DNA of 64,000 nt from Candidatus Babeliales bacterium (GCA_963722075.1 CAVRJM010000001.1:448001-512000); one strand, 5' to 3'; positions 50,598-61,600 are shown, counted from the stretch's first letter. The notes: generated by a model from the sequence alone, not told the origin. A program made the numbers and translations.

Positions 50598-50611
50598 ACT
50601 ATTTCTTCGTG

Positions 50612-50911
50612 TTATTCTTCGATAATGTTGTGCAGTTCATACTTACCAGAATTGGCTAAAGCAGCAATTTGGATAACTCTTTTTTCATTTATTTTTTCTT
50701 GTTCGTCAACTCTTAATGGTAAATATCGCATAACAGGCTCTAGCTTAAATTCCTCCGTATCTAATTGCTCTACGTAGGCTAATAAAACTTCTACTTTGCT
50801 TTTTTTACCATTTTTTACGTCACATGAGTTATTATTCTTATTTTCTTTTTCTTTATTCATAGCAAAGCACACATTATGAAGTACTAGTAATAACAATAAA
50901 ATCTTTTTCAT
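50612..50911 (-). CDS. Small exported hypothetical protein
   Basis: MKKILLLLLVLHNVCFAM signal peptide; AAGGA RBS. Confidence 0.7.
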   Translation of the reverse strand: MKKILLLLLVLHNVCFAMNKEKENKNNNSCDVKNGKKSKVEVLLAYVEQLDTEEFKLEPVMRYLPLRVDEQEKINEKRVIQIAALANSGKYELHNIIEE

Positions 50912-51086
50912 ACTATTCCTTTTAAAATGAATATTATAAATAATTATAAATAATATTATGATAAAATATTTTCAAAAATAAATACTTTTGTTGCCAAACA
51001 GCTATTGGTATTTCTATTTTTTAAATTTTCTATATTATTAACTTATTCTTTAACTTTTAAGTAAAGCAATTATTATAAGGTTTATA

Positions 51087-52760
51087 ATGCATATTAATAA
51101 ATTTGTTAAAACAACACTTATTGCTCTATTTGTAGCAGCCTTTATTATACTTTCTTATTTTGTATTTAAATTTAATAAAAACCAGCAAGAACTTTTAGAA
51201 TTAGTAACTCACAAGAAAGAATTAAAGACAAGCGCACCAATCATAGAAAAATTAGTTTCAGCTCAACAATCGTGGAGTAATTTACAATCTAAAGTTAAAG
51301 ATACCGTCGTACAAATATTTGCCCAAAAAGCGGTGATTGATTTATTGCAACCCAATAGAACACCAATTCAAGGACAAGGAACGGGGAGCGGCTTTTTCAT
51401 AAACGATATGGGGGAAATTATTACCAATGCCCATGTGGTCGATCAATCGAAAGCGGTATGGATCCAAGTCCCTTCTCTGGGCAAACGGCAAATCGATGTT
51501 GATATTGTTGGCGTTAGCCCCGATAGAGATTTAGCTTTACTAAAAATAAAAGATGAAGAGTTAGAGGCATTTAAACAAGATCTCGGTGGTATCAAATTTT
51601 TACCGTTGGGTAATTCTGATTTTGTACATCGTGCTGACGAAATTATGACGCTGGGGTACCCATTAGGTCAACAAGGGCTAAAAAGTACTACTGGGGTTGT
51701 GAGTGGCCGCGAGCAAAATCTTATTCAAATTGATGCAGCAATCAATCCAGGCAATTCCGGTGGCCCTTCCCTTAATCTAAAAGGCGAAGTAATTGGTATT
51801 AATACCTTATATGCACCTGATGCTCAAAATGTTGGTTATATTATTCCTATTAATGAACTCAAAATTATTTTAGATGATTTGCGAAAATTTAAATTATTAA
51901 AAAGACCATATTTAGGCATCCTCTATAACAACGCAAGCGAAGCGCTCACTCAATTTCTTGGTAATCCATTACCAGGTGGGGTATACGTGGTGGAAGTATA
52001 CAAAGATAGCCCATTGCATAAAGCAGGTATTCAAAAACGTGATATGATTTATGAAATTAATGGTCATCAATTAGATGTGTATGGCGAATTATTATGGAAT
52101 GAAGATCGTATTTCTATTATTGATTATGTTTCGCAGCTTAAAATTGGCCAAGAAATTTCAATAGTTGCTTATAGGCAAGGAAAACGCATAGAAATTAAAT
52201 TTATTTTTAATAATCCTCAACCATTACCGATCCATAAGATATATCCTGGTTATGAACCTATTGAATATGAAGTAGTTGCAGGTATGGTAGTACAACCATT
52301 AACAACTAACCATTTACCAATGCTCGTTAATATTGCACCAGGCCTTACCAAATATGCTGAAATGAAACATCAAATGGAACCTGCTTTAATTATTACTCAT
52401 ATTTTCCCTGATTCACAAGCACAACGATGCCGTTCATTAATGCCAGGCTCAGTATTATCTGAAATTAATGGCATGAAAGTTACTACGCTTGATTCGTTAC
52501 GTACTGCATTATTTAAAAGTTTAGAAAGTGGTATCGTCTCTATTGAAACAACTGATTCAGTATTTGTGGTATTATCATTCAAAAAAATACTCGAAGAAGA
52601 TCAACGCTTAGCAAAAGATTACTTCTATCCGCTTACACCAGGAGTCAAAGCATTAGTTGATGCAGTAGAAAAACAAAAAGCTAACACTAGCCCCGCAGTT
52701 AGTAACAATAAAGAGTTAGATTTGCAGACACCACTTAGATCCCTATTAACGATGTACTAA
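51087..52760 (+). CDS. HtrA/Deg-family serine protease with PDZ domains and N-terminal TM anchor
   Basis: GSGFFI, TNAHVV, DLALL, IQIDAAINPGNSGGP, PYLGI, PDZ-like segments. Confidence 0.95.
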   Translation: MHINKFVKTTLIALFVAAFIILSYFVFKFNKNQQELLELVTHKKELKTSAPIIEKLVSAQQSWSNLQSKVKDTVVQIFAQKAVIDLLQPNRTPIQGQGTGSGFFINDMGEIITNAHVVDQSKAVWIQVPSLGKRQIDVDIVGVSPDRDLALLKIKDEELEAFKQDLGGIKFLPLGNSDFVHRADEIMTLGYPLGQQGLKSTTGVVSGREQNLIQIDAAINPGNSGGPSLNLKGEVIGINTLYAPDAQNVGYIIPINELKIILDDLRKFKLLKRPYLGILYNNASEALTQFLGNPLPGGVYVVEVYKDSPLHKAGIQKRDMIYEINGHQLDVYGELLWNEDRISIIDYVSQLKIGQEISIVAYRQGKRIEIKFIFNNPQPLPIHKIYPGYEPIEYEVVAGMVVQPLTTNHLPMLVNIAPGLTKYAEMKHQMEPALIITHIFPDSQAQRCRSLMPGSVLSEINGMKVTTLDSLRTALFKSLESGIVSIETTDSVFVVLSFKKILEEDQRLAKDYFYPLTPGVKALVDAVEKQKANTSPAVSNNKELDLQTPLRSLLTMY

Positions 52761-52773
52761 TGAAAATAAATAA

Positions 52774-53563
52774 ATGGTTACTAAAAGAAGATTGGATCAA
52801 GTAATTCTTGAACGATACCCACAATTCTCGAGAAATTACATACAAAGCCTTATAATGCAAGAAAAGGTAACGGTGAATGATAAAACCATTACCAAACCGG
52901 GAATCTTAATCAAAGAAGATGCGGTTATTACACTTGATACCCATGAACCTAAATATGTTTCTCGTGCAGGTTTTAAATTAGAAAAAGCATTAGAACATTT
53001 TAAGATCGATGTACATAATAAAATTGTTCTTGATGCAGGGCTTTCTACTGGCGGGTTTACCGATTGCTTATTACAATCTGGCGCCGCTAAAATCTATGGC
53101 ATTGACGTTGGCTATGGGCAAGTGCATGAAAAGATTAGAAATGATCCGCGCGTAATTGTAATGGAACGCACTAATTTGCGCCATTTGGAATCCCTGCCAG
53201 AAAAGGTAGATGTGGTTACCTTAGATCTTTCTTTTATTTCCGTACTTAAGGTAATCCCTGCCATTAGTAACGTTTTAAAAGAACATGGACAACTGGTTAT
53301 TCTTATTAAGCCACAATTTGAAGCAGCTAAGGGAGAAGTATCTAAAGGGGGCATTATTAAAGGACCCTGCTATTCATGAAAAGGTGGTGAATCATGTTAT
53401 AAAAGGGGTCACTGAATATGGGTTTAATTTTCAAGGAGTTATCGAATCCCCCATTCTGGGCACAGAGGGAAATAAGGAGTTTTTAGCCTATTTTAGGTAT
53501 AATTATTATTTTTTTATTGACAAATTGGATATAATTGATATATTAAGAACACCACTTATTTAA
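52774..53563 (+). pseudogene. tlyA: TlyA-family rRNA methyltransferase, frameshifted near 53360
   Basis: S4 domain, YVSRAGFKL, DAGLSTGGFTD, DVGYGQ, DLSFIS, LIKPQFE; continues in the +1 frame as KDPAIH...SPILGTEGNKEFL. Confidence 0.88.
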
Positions 53564-53575
53564 AGGAGTATTTAT

Positions 53576-54624
53576 ATGAAAAATCTAATTTCTAGATTAT
53601 TTTTAGTTTCATCATTTGCCAATTTTATCGGCATCAGCAATGGAAGCACCTACGCAGGAACGTCAAACCATACACCACAATATCAAACTTATCAAGGGCA
53701 AGTTATCGACGCCCGTACTATTGGCTCTTTGGCCTTAGCACATCAAGCACCTGAGCATGATGCATTGGTCATAAAAAAATGGCGCGATGAGAATAAGGCT
53801 TTGCTCGTAGGATTAACTGATTTTACTTACAAAAATTCAGATTATAGAGCAGTATTTAATACTAATAAAATTTGATTTAAAAGAGCGTGGTATTGAAAGT
53901 AAATGCCCCTGGAGTTATATTTTTGAATTACCAACTGATGATAACTATTATGTACAAATAGCAGGCCCGGTACTCAGAGTTGGTAATATACGAGAACGCG
54001 CTCAAAATTTTAATGAAAAAAATATGGCAACTGAAAAACTTGATGCAACTGAAAAAACCCCAACATTTCAAACAGTAAGTAGATTTGCTAATTATTTACG
54101 GTATTTAGATCTTAACCAAAAATATAATTTTACTAGTTTCACTATCCCTGCAATTTATTTAGTTCCATTAGCGGAAAACCAAGATAAAACTCAATATTCA
54201 GATAACAACTGTTTTGTAGTACAGCAAACGTTTCCTGCAACTGCAGTAGCCATACATGAACATAAAGATCGTATGCAAGATGTTGATGGGAAATCATTTA
54301 AGGAACTATTGATGGCAATTGATCAAATACCCCTCTGGGATATTTGAAAACTTATACATTGACGAAAATGATAATCTTTTTGTATCAAATATTGAACAAG
54401 GTTGCAATGCAAATCCTGATTATTTTCTCAATAAAAGTGCTCATATGTACAACCATTTAATTTTATGCGGATTTGAAGGACTTTATGGTCTTTGTTCTGA
54501 AAATAAAGAACTACAACATCAAGTTCAACAATATATCGCAGATAAGGTTACTTTAGCAGAATCTTCTCACAATATTGAAGATCAGCAAAAAAGACTTAAA
54601 GAGGTAGTTGGATTAAATCAATAA
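53576..54624 (+). pseudogene. Exported hypothetical protein (possibly kinase-like) split in three by two +1 frameshifts
   Basis: AAAGGAG RBS and signal peptide; the second frame is open from 53817; removing one base near 53870 and one near 54344 gives a continuous ORF (...NKFDLKERG...; ...LWDIENLYIDE...). Confidence 0.7.
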
Positions 54625-54652
54625 TTAATAATCGTTCACTTTTTGTAACATT

Positions 54653-54690
54653 AAAAGGCACTCTTACATTATAAAAGAGTGCCTTTTTTT
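54653..54690 (+). terminator. Intrinsic terminator
   Basis: AAAAGGCACTCTT...AAGAGTGCCTTTTTTT. Confidence 0.8.
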
Positions 54691-54701
54691 TGCAGATTTT
54701 T

Positions 54702-54730
54702 TTGGTATTTTTTGTGATAAAAAGTATACT
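54702..54730 (+). promoter_or_regulatory. Putative sigma70 promoter of the tRNA pair
   Basis: TTGGTA-17 nt-TATACT, 15 nt before the first tRNA. Confidence 0.5.
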
Positions 54731-54745
54731 AAATAACACAAAAAT

Positions 54746-54810
<65 letters not shown>

Positions 54811-54821
<11 letters not shown>

Positions 54822-55100
54822 GTCATTTCTGAAGGAAATGCCTGGCAGGCCAGTTTCTTAAATGATTTATAATAAAATGAACATAGATTGCCTTCATGCT
54901 GATAAACTAGCAAGGGGGGTGGTAATGTATCCGCCGAAGTTTTTAACGAAGGCTGTATCCATTAATACTATAAATCCATTGTATATATTTAAGCGCCCGT
55001 AGCTCAGGTGGATAGAGCGATAGATTCCTAATCTGTAGGCCACAGGTTCAAATCCTGTCGGGCGCACCAGGCATTTCTGAAGGAAATGACTGGCAGGCCA
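54811..55100 (+). repeat. 42-bp direct repeat (40/42 identical) covering each tRNA 3' end and trailer
   Basis: 54811-54852 and 55059-55100: CGGGCGCACCAG(T/G)CATTTCTGAAGGAAATG(C/A)CTGGCAGGCCA. Confidence 0.92.
54993..55069 (+). tRNA. tRNA-Arg (anticodon CCU)
   Basis: GCGCCCG/CGGGCGC acceptor stem; anticodon loop TT-CCT-AA; GGTTCAAATCC T arm; encoded CCA. Confidence 0.95.
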
Positions 55101-55247
55101 CAAACTTATTAATAAACAGTCCTTCATGCAACCTGTCCGTCGTATCTCAGTTATACTTCAACGTTACTCCATCGCAAGCGAAGTCGGAAGGAGGATTGAA
55201 GATAATTTTATTTCTGTTATACTTAAGAATAATGGAGGAAAATTACA

Positions 55248-56228
55248 ATGAGAAATATTATTAAGCTATCTATATTTATATTACTTTTTTCGGGCATTAT
55301 AACTGGATCAGCAGCCAGCAATCCTTTAGGATTTAATCCCCGTCAATTCTTCAATAATGTTATAAATCCCCAACCAATACCTACCCCCACTCTTTCAACC
55401 AATACTTTTTCATTTTCTAATATTACTAAAGGGATAATCGGAGGAACCATAGCATTATATGGCTTATATGCCCTTAAGCACTATTATAATTTACATAAGA
55501 TCGATAATTGGCTTACCAATTCATCTCCGATAGTAAAAAATAATAACGATTTCCGTTTTTCAGGCTGGCTACAAGATACATATAAGGATGCTTCTTCACT
55601 TTATTTCTATGCGCCTAAGGTCAAAGAAGCATTAGGAAAACAACTCAGCAGTAAAGAATTTCAATTCAAAAAGATCGAAGATGTTAAAAATCAAATTAAC
55701 AAAGAAATAAGAGCTGTTGAAAATGATTTAGAATATCTAACAAATTTAACGAATTTTCCCCATTTATTATTGGTAGCGGCAAATAATAAACTGGGCTTTT
55801 TTGATGTTGATAATGATTGCTTATCTAATAAAATTCTTGTTCATTGTAATCAAAGCACACAATATTTTGAACCATTACAATACTTTGAATCATTAATCGA
55901 TAATGTAAAAACCTATCTTGAAGAAAATATGGGAATTATCGATAGAATACTGTATAGGCCTATAAACATTGAAAATAATAACAATAATGTTTATAGTACA
56001 CAGTCACAAGAGGCTACAGCAGCTCGTCCAAAAGAAAAAGAGAAAGAGTACGAAAATAAAGAACATCCTGATTATACGTTTATAAAAAATATTAAGTATA
56101 CCTATACTTCTTCTTTCTGGCCGTTGATATCAACCAAATATGCTACACAAATGTATTATAAAACATTGCGCCGCTATCTACGATTGCTTGTTTTAAAAGA
56201 TATTGTAAGTAATTTTGGAGAAAAATAA
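55248..56228 (+). CDS. Hypothetical exported/membrane protein
   Basis: GGAGG RBS; signal peptide; one TM. Confidence 0.75.
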   Translation: MRNIIKLSIFILLFSGIITGSAASNPLGFNPRQFFNNVINPQPIPTPTLSTNTFSFSNITKGIIGGTIALYGLYALKHYYNLHKIDNWLTNSSPIVKNNNDFRFSGWLQDTYKDASSLYFYAPKVKEALGKQLSSKEFQFKKIEDVKNQINKEIRAVENDLEYLTNLTNFPHLLLVAANNKLGFFDVDNDCLSNKILVHCNQSTQYFEPLQYFESLIDNVKTYLEENMGIIDRILYRPINIENNNNNVYSTQSQEATAARPKEKEKEYENKEHPDYTFIKNIKYTYTSSFWPLISTKYATQMYYKTLRRYLRLLVLKDIVSNFGEK

Positions 56229-56599
56229 TGATTAGAAATATTAAATTGGCACATAAATTTATAGTACTAATAAGTTGTTTATCAATGCTCGCACCGTTAC
56301 AAGCAAATAGAACTGATACTATTATTAGAGCAGGTTTAGGATTAGGCGCTGTTTTTTTTACCGCTTCTGCAATCGCATTATTTCGTTATGGCAATGCATT
56401 GGAGCAGCCTATAAATGATATTTATTATCAAGCTTCGAGTAACTCCCATAACGCAACCAATGCATTTATGGGCCAAGAACAAAATGCTGGCCGTCCAATG
56501 GATTGGACACTTATATCTCCTATGGTGGGAACAATTTATTCAGAAAGTGAGAAGAAAAATGCTAAAATTTTCTATAAAAAAAGGCTGTGTAATTTGTGA
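56228..56599 (+). CDS. Hypothetical membrane protein; may originally have extended to 56680
   Basis: TAATG overlap with the upstream gene; signal peptide and TM; in-frame hydrophobic LIGAIAGAAVCSCL follows the TGA. Confidence 0.6.
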   Translation: MIRNIKLAHKFIVLISCLSMLAPLQANRTDTIIRAGLGLGAVFFTASAIALFRYGNALEQPINDIYYQASSNSHNATNAFMGQEQNAGRPMDWTLISPMVGTIYSESEKKNAKIFYKKRLCNL

Positions 56600-56791
56600 C
56601 TTATAGGAGCAATTGCAGGCGCAGCAGTTTGTAGCTGTTTAACCCTTGTAGAATTAACTGATCTTTGCAAAAATTACTAAAACTATCAATATGCCATAGA
56701 TATAAACTATGGGTATAGCCCAATTACTTGCCTAACCAACCCTAAAAAACGTACACTAATAAAGGATTTATATAACATATGAGGTGGTTTT

Positions 56792-57559
56792 ATGGGATTT
56801 ACGTTAAAAGCTGTTGCTCAATTAAAGAAACGAAAATACAAATATAAAAAATCACTTTTTATAATCCCCTACTTTTTTACTTTTGCTAATGCCCTTTTTG
56901 GCTTTCTTTCAGTAATTGCCGCCCTAAAAGGAAATTTTATCCTAGCTGCTTCGTATATAGGGCTGGCTGCCTGCATGGATTGTTTTGATGGCAGATTAGC
57001 GCGCGCATTGGGATCATGCAGTTACTTGGGAGCAGAACTTGACGGCTTGTGTGATGCCATATCATTTTGCTGCGCACCGCCTATTTTACTGTATTGTTTT
57101 TATCAAGATATTTTTGGCGTTATTGGCGTTGCTATTTTAGGAATGTATTTATGTGCAGGTTTGTTTCGACTTGCTAAATTTAATACTACTCCTGCCGCAT
57201 ATTATGGTTATTTTTCAGGGTTATCTACCCCCGTTTCAGCATTCTTTTTGGCATCGCTTATTGTATATTATGATTGGATGAAAATTCATTATATGAATTG
57301 GCTGTTGCACCCAACCAGTATGTGTATTGTTGTGCTTATTTTATCATTGTTGATGATTTCAACTATTCCGTTTCCCTCATTTAAGAACTATAAAATTGAT
57401 CCCTATGTAGCACCTTTTTATCTGGTGTTATTCGGGTTAATAATAACTATTTGCTGGAAACTGCATATGCCCACCATATTTCTCATATTATTAGGATATA
57501 TACTCATTTCCTTATTGCATTGGGCCTACTCTCAGGGCAAACAGTACTTTCACTTTTAA
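56792..57559 (+). CDS. pssA: CDP-diacylglycerol--serine O-phosphatidyltransferase
   Basis: IPYFFTFAN, DCFDGRLAR...GAELDGLCDAISF..AP, RLAKFN, FSGLSTP, LMISTIPF.SFK. Confidence 0.9.
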   Translation: MGFTLKAVAQLKKRKYKYKKSLFIIPYFFTFANALFGFLSVIAALKGNFILAASYIGLAACMDCFDGRLARALGSCSYLGAELDGLCDAISFCCAPPILLYCFYQDIFGVIGVAILGMYLCAGLFRLAKFNTTPAAYYGYFSGLSTPVSAFFLASLIVYYDWMKIHYMNWLLHPTSMCIVVLILSLLMISTIPFPSFKNYKIDPYVAPFYLVLFGLIITICWKLHMPTIFLILLGYILISLLHWAYSQGKQYFHF

Positions 57560-58777
57560 TTATTTCTGCCATAAACTGCTTAATTTTAATATTTTAAATT
57601 CATCGATAATCTGAATAGATTTTCCTTTACTATCAAGCCGCTCTAATTGTTTTTTTTGATGAAATATATCCTTTAATTGGCTATATGAATTGATTCCTTT
57701 AAACACTTCCGCTAAAGATACTTCGTGTACTTTACCAAAACCTGCATTGTACGCACGTGCTTCAATAAGCTTATTATTCACTATATCTGAGACAATCATT
57801 ACATGCCCTGGTATCCATAAAACATCACCCTCAGCAATTGAATCGTTATTATTAAGGGCCTGAAGATTTTTTTTAATAGTAGTAGAATTTTTAAAGAAAT
57901 AGGGCAGTCCAGCAATTTGCGCTGCTCGCACCATAAGACCAGTACAATCAAACCCTGTTTTTGGAGACTCTTTTAACTCAGGTCGCCTATAAAACAATTT
58001 TTTTTGCAGATCATTTGAATGCTGTAAGGTGAAAGTATTATTTTTACAGGTAGTCGTAAAACTACATCCTCCCCATACATAGGGAATTATACCCGTCGTA
58101 TGGGCCCATCGTTTTAATAATGCTACATACGTTTCAATTTTTTTATTATTAGTTATCCTTTTACTTTCATCAAGACATAGATGGCGTGGGATGCAAACGC
58201 TCGCCAGTGCATTCGTTTTGTTATTAAATACATATGCGCAATAATTGGTACGGTTATTTTTATTCTTAGCAAGCGCAAAACGCGTTCCAACTGAAAAATA
58301 TTGCTTTGTTACATCATCATAAAAAGGCTCTATGAGAACTACCGTTGGTTTACTTGCTTGTTTTTGAGGATAATTATAATCGATGTAGTCAGGAAACTGC
58401 TCTACCTTCATTCCCAAAGATTCTAATGCGCTGATCGTAATAAAATTTTTTTTAAGCGCCCAGTAGGTATCGTTCTTTTCATCATTTTTTTCCGATTCAA
58501 AGTAAACTGAGGCGATTTGAATCAATACTTCGTCTCCCTTTTGCTCTAAAATAGTAACTCGTTCATTAAAAAGAAGCTGATGAACGCGCAAACAATCTGC
58601 TATATTTTTGCTAAATAACGGTAAATTATTATAAAGCTGCGCAACAGATTCTGTTGAATATTTTTTGGCTAATGCATCCCCTACCAGATCCACGACGGGT
58701 ACAATACAATATGCAGCTTCTTTAGCAATTACCGATGTTAAAGAAAATGCCATTATTAGAGCAATAATAAATTTCAT
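57560..58777 (-). CDS. Exported NlpC/P60 cysteine peptidase
   Basis: Signal peptide; PYVWGG, GFDCTGL, GDVLW.PGHVMI. Confidence 0.9.
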   Translation of the reverse strand: MKFIIALIMAFSLTSVIAKEAAYCIVPVVDLVGDALAKKYSTESVAQLYNNLPLFSKNIADCLRVHQLLFNERVTILEQKGDEVLIQIASVYFESEKNDEKNDTYWALKKNFITISALESLGMKVEQFPDYIDYNYPQKQASKPTVVLIEPFYDDVTKQYFSVGTRFALAKNKNNRTNYCAYVFNNKTNALASVCIPRHLCLDESKRITNNKKIETYVALLKRWAHTTGIIPYVWGGCSFTTTCKNNTFTLQHSNDLQKKLFYRRPELKESPKTGFDCTGLMVRAAQIAGLPYFFKNSTTIKKNLQALNNNDSIAEGDVLWIPGHVMIVSDIVNNKLIEARAYNAGFGKVHEVSLAEVFKGINSYSQLKDIFHQKKQLERLDSKGKSIQIIDEFKILKLSSLWQK

Positions 58778-59030
58778 AATTTAACTCCTTGGCAATTAAA
58801 ATATTGCAATATAATTTATTATTGACTATTGGAAAGTATTTTTTCAAGAAATTTGAAATGATTTTCTTTTTGGCAATCATATACGGCAAAAAATAGGGCT
58901 TATTTTATAGCATCTATTAATTATTGATTATTAGAAATAAAAATATATATACTTAAGAACGAAATTTGTGCTCTTGCTAGACAGGATTATACTAGTTTTA
59001 CTTTGCTAGTAATAATTTTAAAAAAAGTGA

Positions 59031-60056
59031 ATGCATATGGCTATGATAAAAAAATGTTCTTTTTTTATGCTCTTCTTTTTAATGAATACCACATCTGCTC
59101 AACAATGGGCATGGCTGTACACTAAAAAATTTTCGTCAATTGAAACGCGTAATAATCAAAAAAGAAACCATCTTCTGCTTGCAAAAGAAGATACCCCCTT
59201 TTTTTCGCAAATGATTTTTTCTTGGAATAGCGTTAAACCAGCACAGGGTCATTTTACCTTTTACGCCCAAGTACGTGATGCTAAAACACGTGAGTGGCAT
59301 ATCTGGCACAAGATGATTGAATGGGGCAACAACATTCAAAAATCGTATTTACATAAAGGGCCGGTTACCCAATACTCCCATGTGCGGTTAGAAGTGCCAA
59401 AAGATGTGCTTGCTGATGGCGTACGTATTAAAATTGTTCCCAATAATCAAGCTGATTTATCAGCAATGAAATCACTTTCAGTAACGCTCGCAAATTTTAA
59501 TACCTTTAATCAGCAGAGTCAGCACTATTATAACCACCCCTCATTGTTTATTAATAATATTCCGCAACGATCGCAAATGATCTTAGAACACCCAAGAGCC
59601 GAGCATATGTGCTCACCAACATCGTTATCTATGCTTATTAGTTATTTAAAAAAATACCATATAAATCCGTTGGAATTTGCCTTAAATGTATATGATGAAG
59701 GGCTTGATTCATTCGGCAGCTGGCCATTTAATATAGCACAAGCATATCAAGCCTGTGAGGGGAAATTATTATTTTATGTAACGCGCCTTAATTCCTTTGA
59801 TGATTTATATACTAAATTGAAGCAATCGATTCCCGTTGTTGTCAGTGTACGCGGTCCCTTAGAAGGGGCGCCACGGGAATTTAAAAATGGACATCTTATA
59901 TTAGTTATTGGTTGGGATAAAGAAAAACAACGAATAATGTGCCATGATCCTGCTTTTGATGCTAATCAACTGGTACTTACTTCATATGATATAAATTCTT
60001 TTTGCAAGGCCTGGGCGCGGTCACACCATTTAGCATATATTGCCGAACCAAGGTGA
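59031..60056 (+). CDS. Peptidase C39-like protein with signal peptide
   Basis: PQRSQM, CSPTSLSM, FGSWPFN, IPVVVSV, GHLILVIG, CHDPA. Confidence 0.85.
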   Translation: MHMAMIKKCSFFMLFFLMNTTSAQQWAWLYTKKFSSIETRNNQKRNHLLLAKEDTPFFSQMIFSWNSVKPAQGHFTFYAQVRDAKTREWHIWHKMIEWGNNIQKSYLHKGPVTQYSHVRLEVPKDVLADGVRIKIVPNNQADLSAMKSLSVTLANFNTFNQQSQHYYNHPSLFINNIPQRSQMILEHPRAEHMCSPTSLSMLISYLKKYHINPLEFALNVYDEGLDSFGSWPFNIAQAYQACEGKLLFYVTRLNSFDDLYTKLKQSIPVVVSVRGPLEGAPREFKNGHLILVIGWDKEKQRIMCHDPAFDANQLVLTSYDINSFCKAWARSHHLAYIAEPR

Positions 60057-60077
60057 ATTATAGTACACAGGAATTAA

Positions 60078-60509
60078 ATGAATACCTTAAAAACAGGAGA
60101 TATCTTTATGAATAAAAAATACCTAGTAATCAGCACCTTCCTCTACTTTACTATTTTTACCTTTGCACCGATGGAATCTGCTACTATTTGCCGCCGCAAA
60201 CCAGTTGAAGATGAATACAATAACGCTATAAACCAATTACAAAAGCACCTTGAAGAAACATCGTTAACCGTTATGGATCGTAATAATCTCATTAACAAAT
60301 TAAAGGGATATTTCTGCCCAGATAGGCCCCACACTGATATTTTTTTAAAAAACCCAACTGCAGCGCAAATGTATAGCTCAATTATAAAATCATATAATCA
60401 ATTATTACAGGCGCAAAAAAGCAACGCTAAAAATAATGGGGTAGCTCGAAAATTTGCCGAACACGCCGTTGGTAAAATAATATTATTTTGTTCACCTCGT
60501 AAAAAATAA
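60078..60509 (+). CDS. Small exported hypothetical protein
   Basis: Likely start 60108 (MNKKYLVIS...) after AGGAG; signal peptide. Confidence 0.65.
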   Translation: MNTLKTGDIFMNKKYLVISTFLYFTIFTFAPMESATICRRKPVEDEYNNAINQLQKHLEETSLTVMDRNNLINKLKGYFCPDRPHTDIFLKNPTAAQMYSSIIKSYNQLLQAQKSNAKNNGVARKFAEHAVGKIILFCSPRKK

Positions 60510-60602
60510 AGAATTATTAAAAATATTGAATTAACCAAAATCAAGCTGTTATTATTATTAATAGTAAAATTATAACCAATTTTTTTTAAAGGAGTTGTTC
60601 AT

Positions 60603-61112
60603 ATGGAAAAGAAATTGTTAATGGTTTTTGCCGTTGCATTATGCATTTCATCAGCAGACGCTGCTACGGTATATATGCAAAGAAAAAATCCTAGTATGAA
60701 AATGCAAGCGCAGCCAAAAGGCGCGGCACCATCGAAGTCTCAAATGGTATTGGATAGCGTTGCAGACATTTACGATAATACCATTGAAGGTCTTTTTATG
60801 AAAATTCAAACGCTTGAAAAACAGGGTTTTCCTATAAGCACCGCTGATTTTAAGAAGTTAACTCTAGACCTCAAAAATCTAAGAGGCGCAAAAGCCCTTC
60901 TTGGAGTTGGTGGAAATTTAAGTCCGCATTCAAAACCAATATTTGATATAGTTTATAGCGCTGTACAACATATTAAAAAAATGCCTAAATTAGATCAACA
61001 AGCTATGGCAAAAGCAATCGAAGAATTAACTTACATTGCACAAGGGATCATTTCTGAACATTATGTTTCTACTAATGCAGAAGCAGGCCGAATCGCACTT
61101 AAAGGCAAATAA
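60603..61112 (+). CDS. Small exported helical hypothetical protein
   Basis: AAGGAG RBS; signal peptide; similar to 61200-61547. Confidence 0.75.
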   Translation: MEKKLLMVFAVALCISSADAATVYMQRKNPSMKMQAQPKGAAPSKSQMVLDSVADIYDNTIEGLFMKIQTLEKQGFPISTADFKKLTLDLKNLRGAKALLGVGGNLSPHSKPIFDIVYSAVQHIKKMPKLDQQAMAKAIEELTYIAQGIISEHYVSTNAEAGRIALKGK

Positions 61113-61121
61113 AATATTTAG

Positions 61122-61167
61122 TTAAATAGAAAAAGGAGCTTGTTAAAAAGCTCCTTTTTCTATTTAA
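61122..61167 (+). terminator. Intrinsic terminator
   Basis: TTAAATAGAAAAAGGAGCTT-GTTAAA-AAGCTCCTTTTTCTATTTAA (20-bp arms). Confidence 0.82.
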
Positions 61168-61199
61168 AATTCTAATAAAATTTCGAAAGAAAATAAGTC

Positions 61200-61547
61200 A
61201 TGAAAAAATTATTATTAGCCTTATGCGTATCATTTGGAATAGCATCGTTTATTTATGCAGATTCTATACAACGCGAACAAGCATTAATGCACGTAAAACA
61301 GATTTATGGTAGCACTTTACAATCTGCGCAAACGACCCCGATTACCAATAAACGTTCATTAATCAACGCTCTGAATGATTTGGCAAAAGGTTTGCCAACT
61401 AAAAGTTCCGAAAAGCTTTATACCATTGTTTATAATGCTTATAAACAAATTAAATATTATACGCCGGTTTTAAAACCTAATGAAGGCGATGCACGCGCTC
61501 AACAGCTTATTGATTCAGTAATTGGGGAAATTTCAGGTAGAGACTGA
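61200..61547 (+). CDS. Small exported helical hypothetical protein
   Basis: MKKLLLALCVSFGIASFIYA signal peptide. Confidence 0.75.
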   Translation: MKKLLLALCVSFGIASFIYADSIQREQALMHVKQIYGSTLQSAQTTPITNKRSLINALNDLAKGLPTKSSEKLYTIVYNAYKQIKYYTPVLKPNEGDARAQQLIDSVIGEISGRD

Positions 61548-61600
61548 TTAATTCTGTTAACTTTTCAAAATTCAATGTTTAGCTCAAAGCTAAAAAAAGC

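Noticed and set aside
50931..50958. Short tandem TAATTATAAA repeats
   Set aside because: Low-complexity AT-rich intergenic sequence, plausible by chance.
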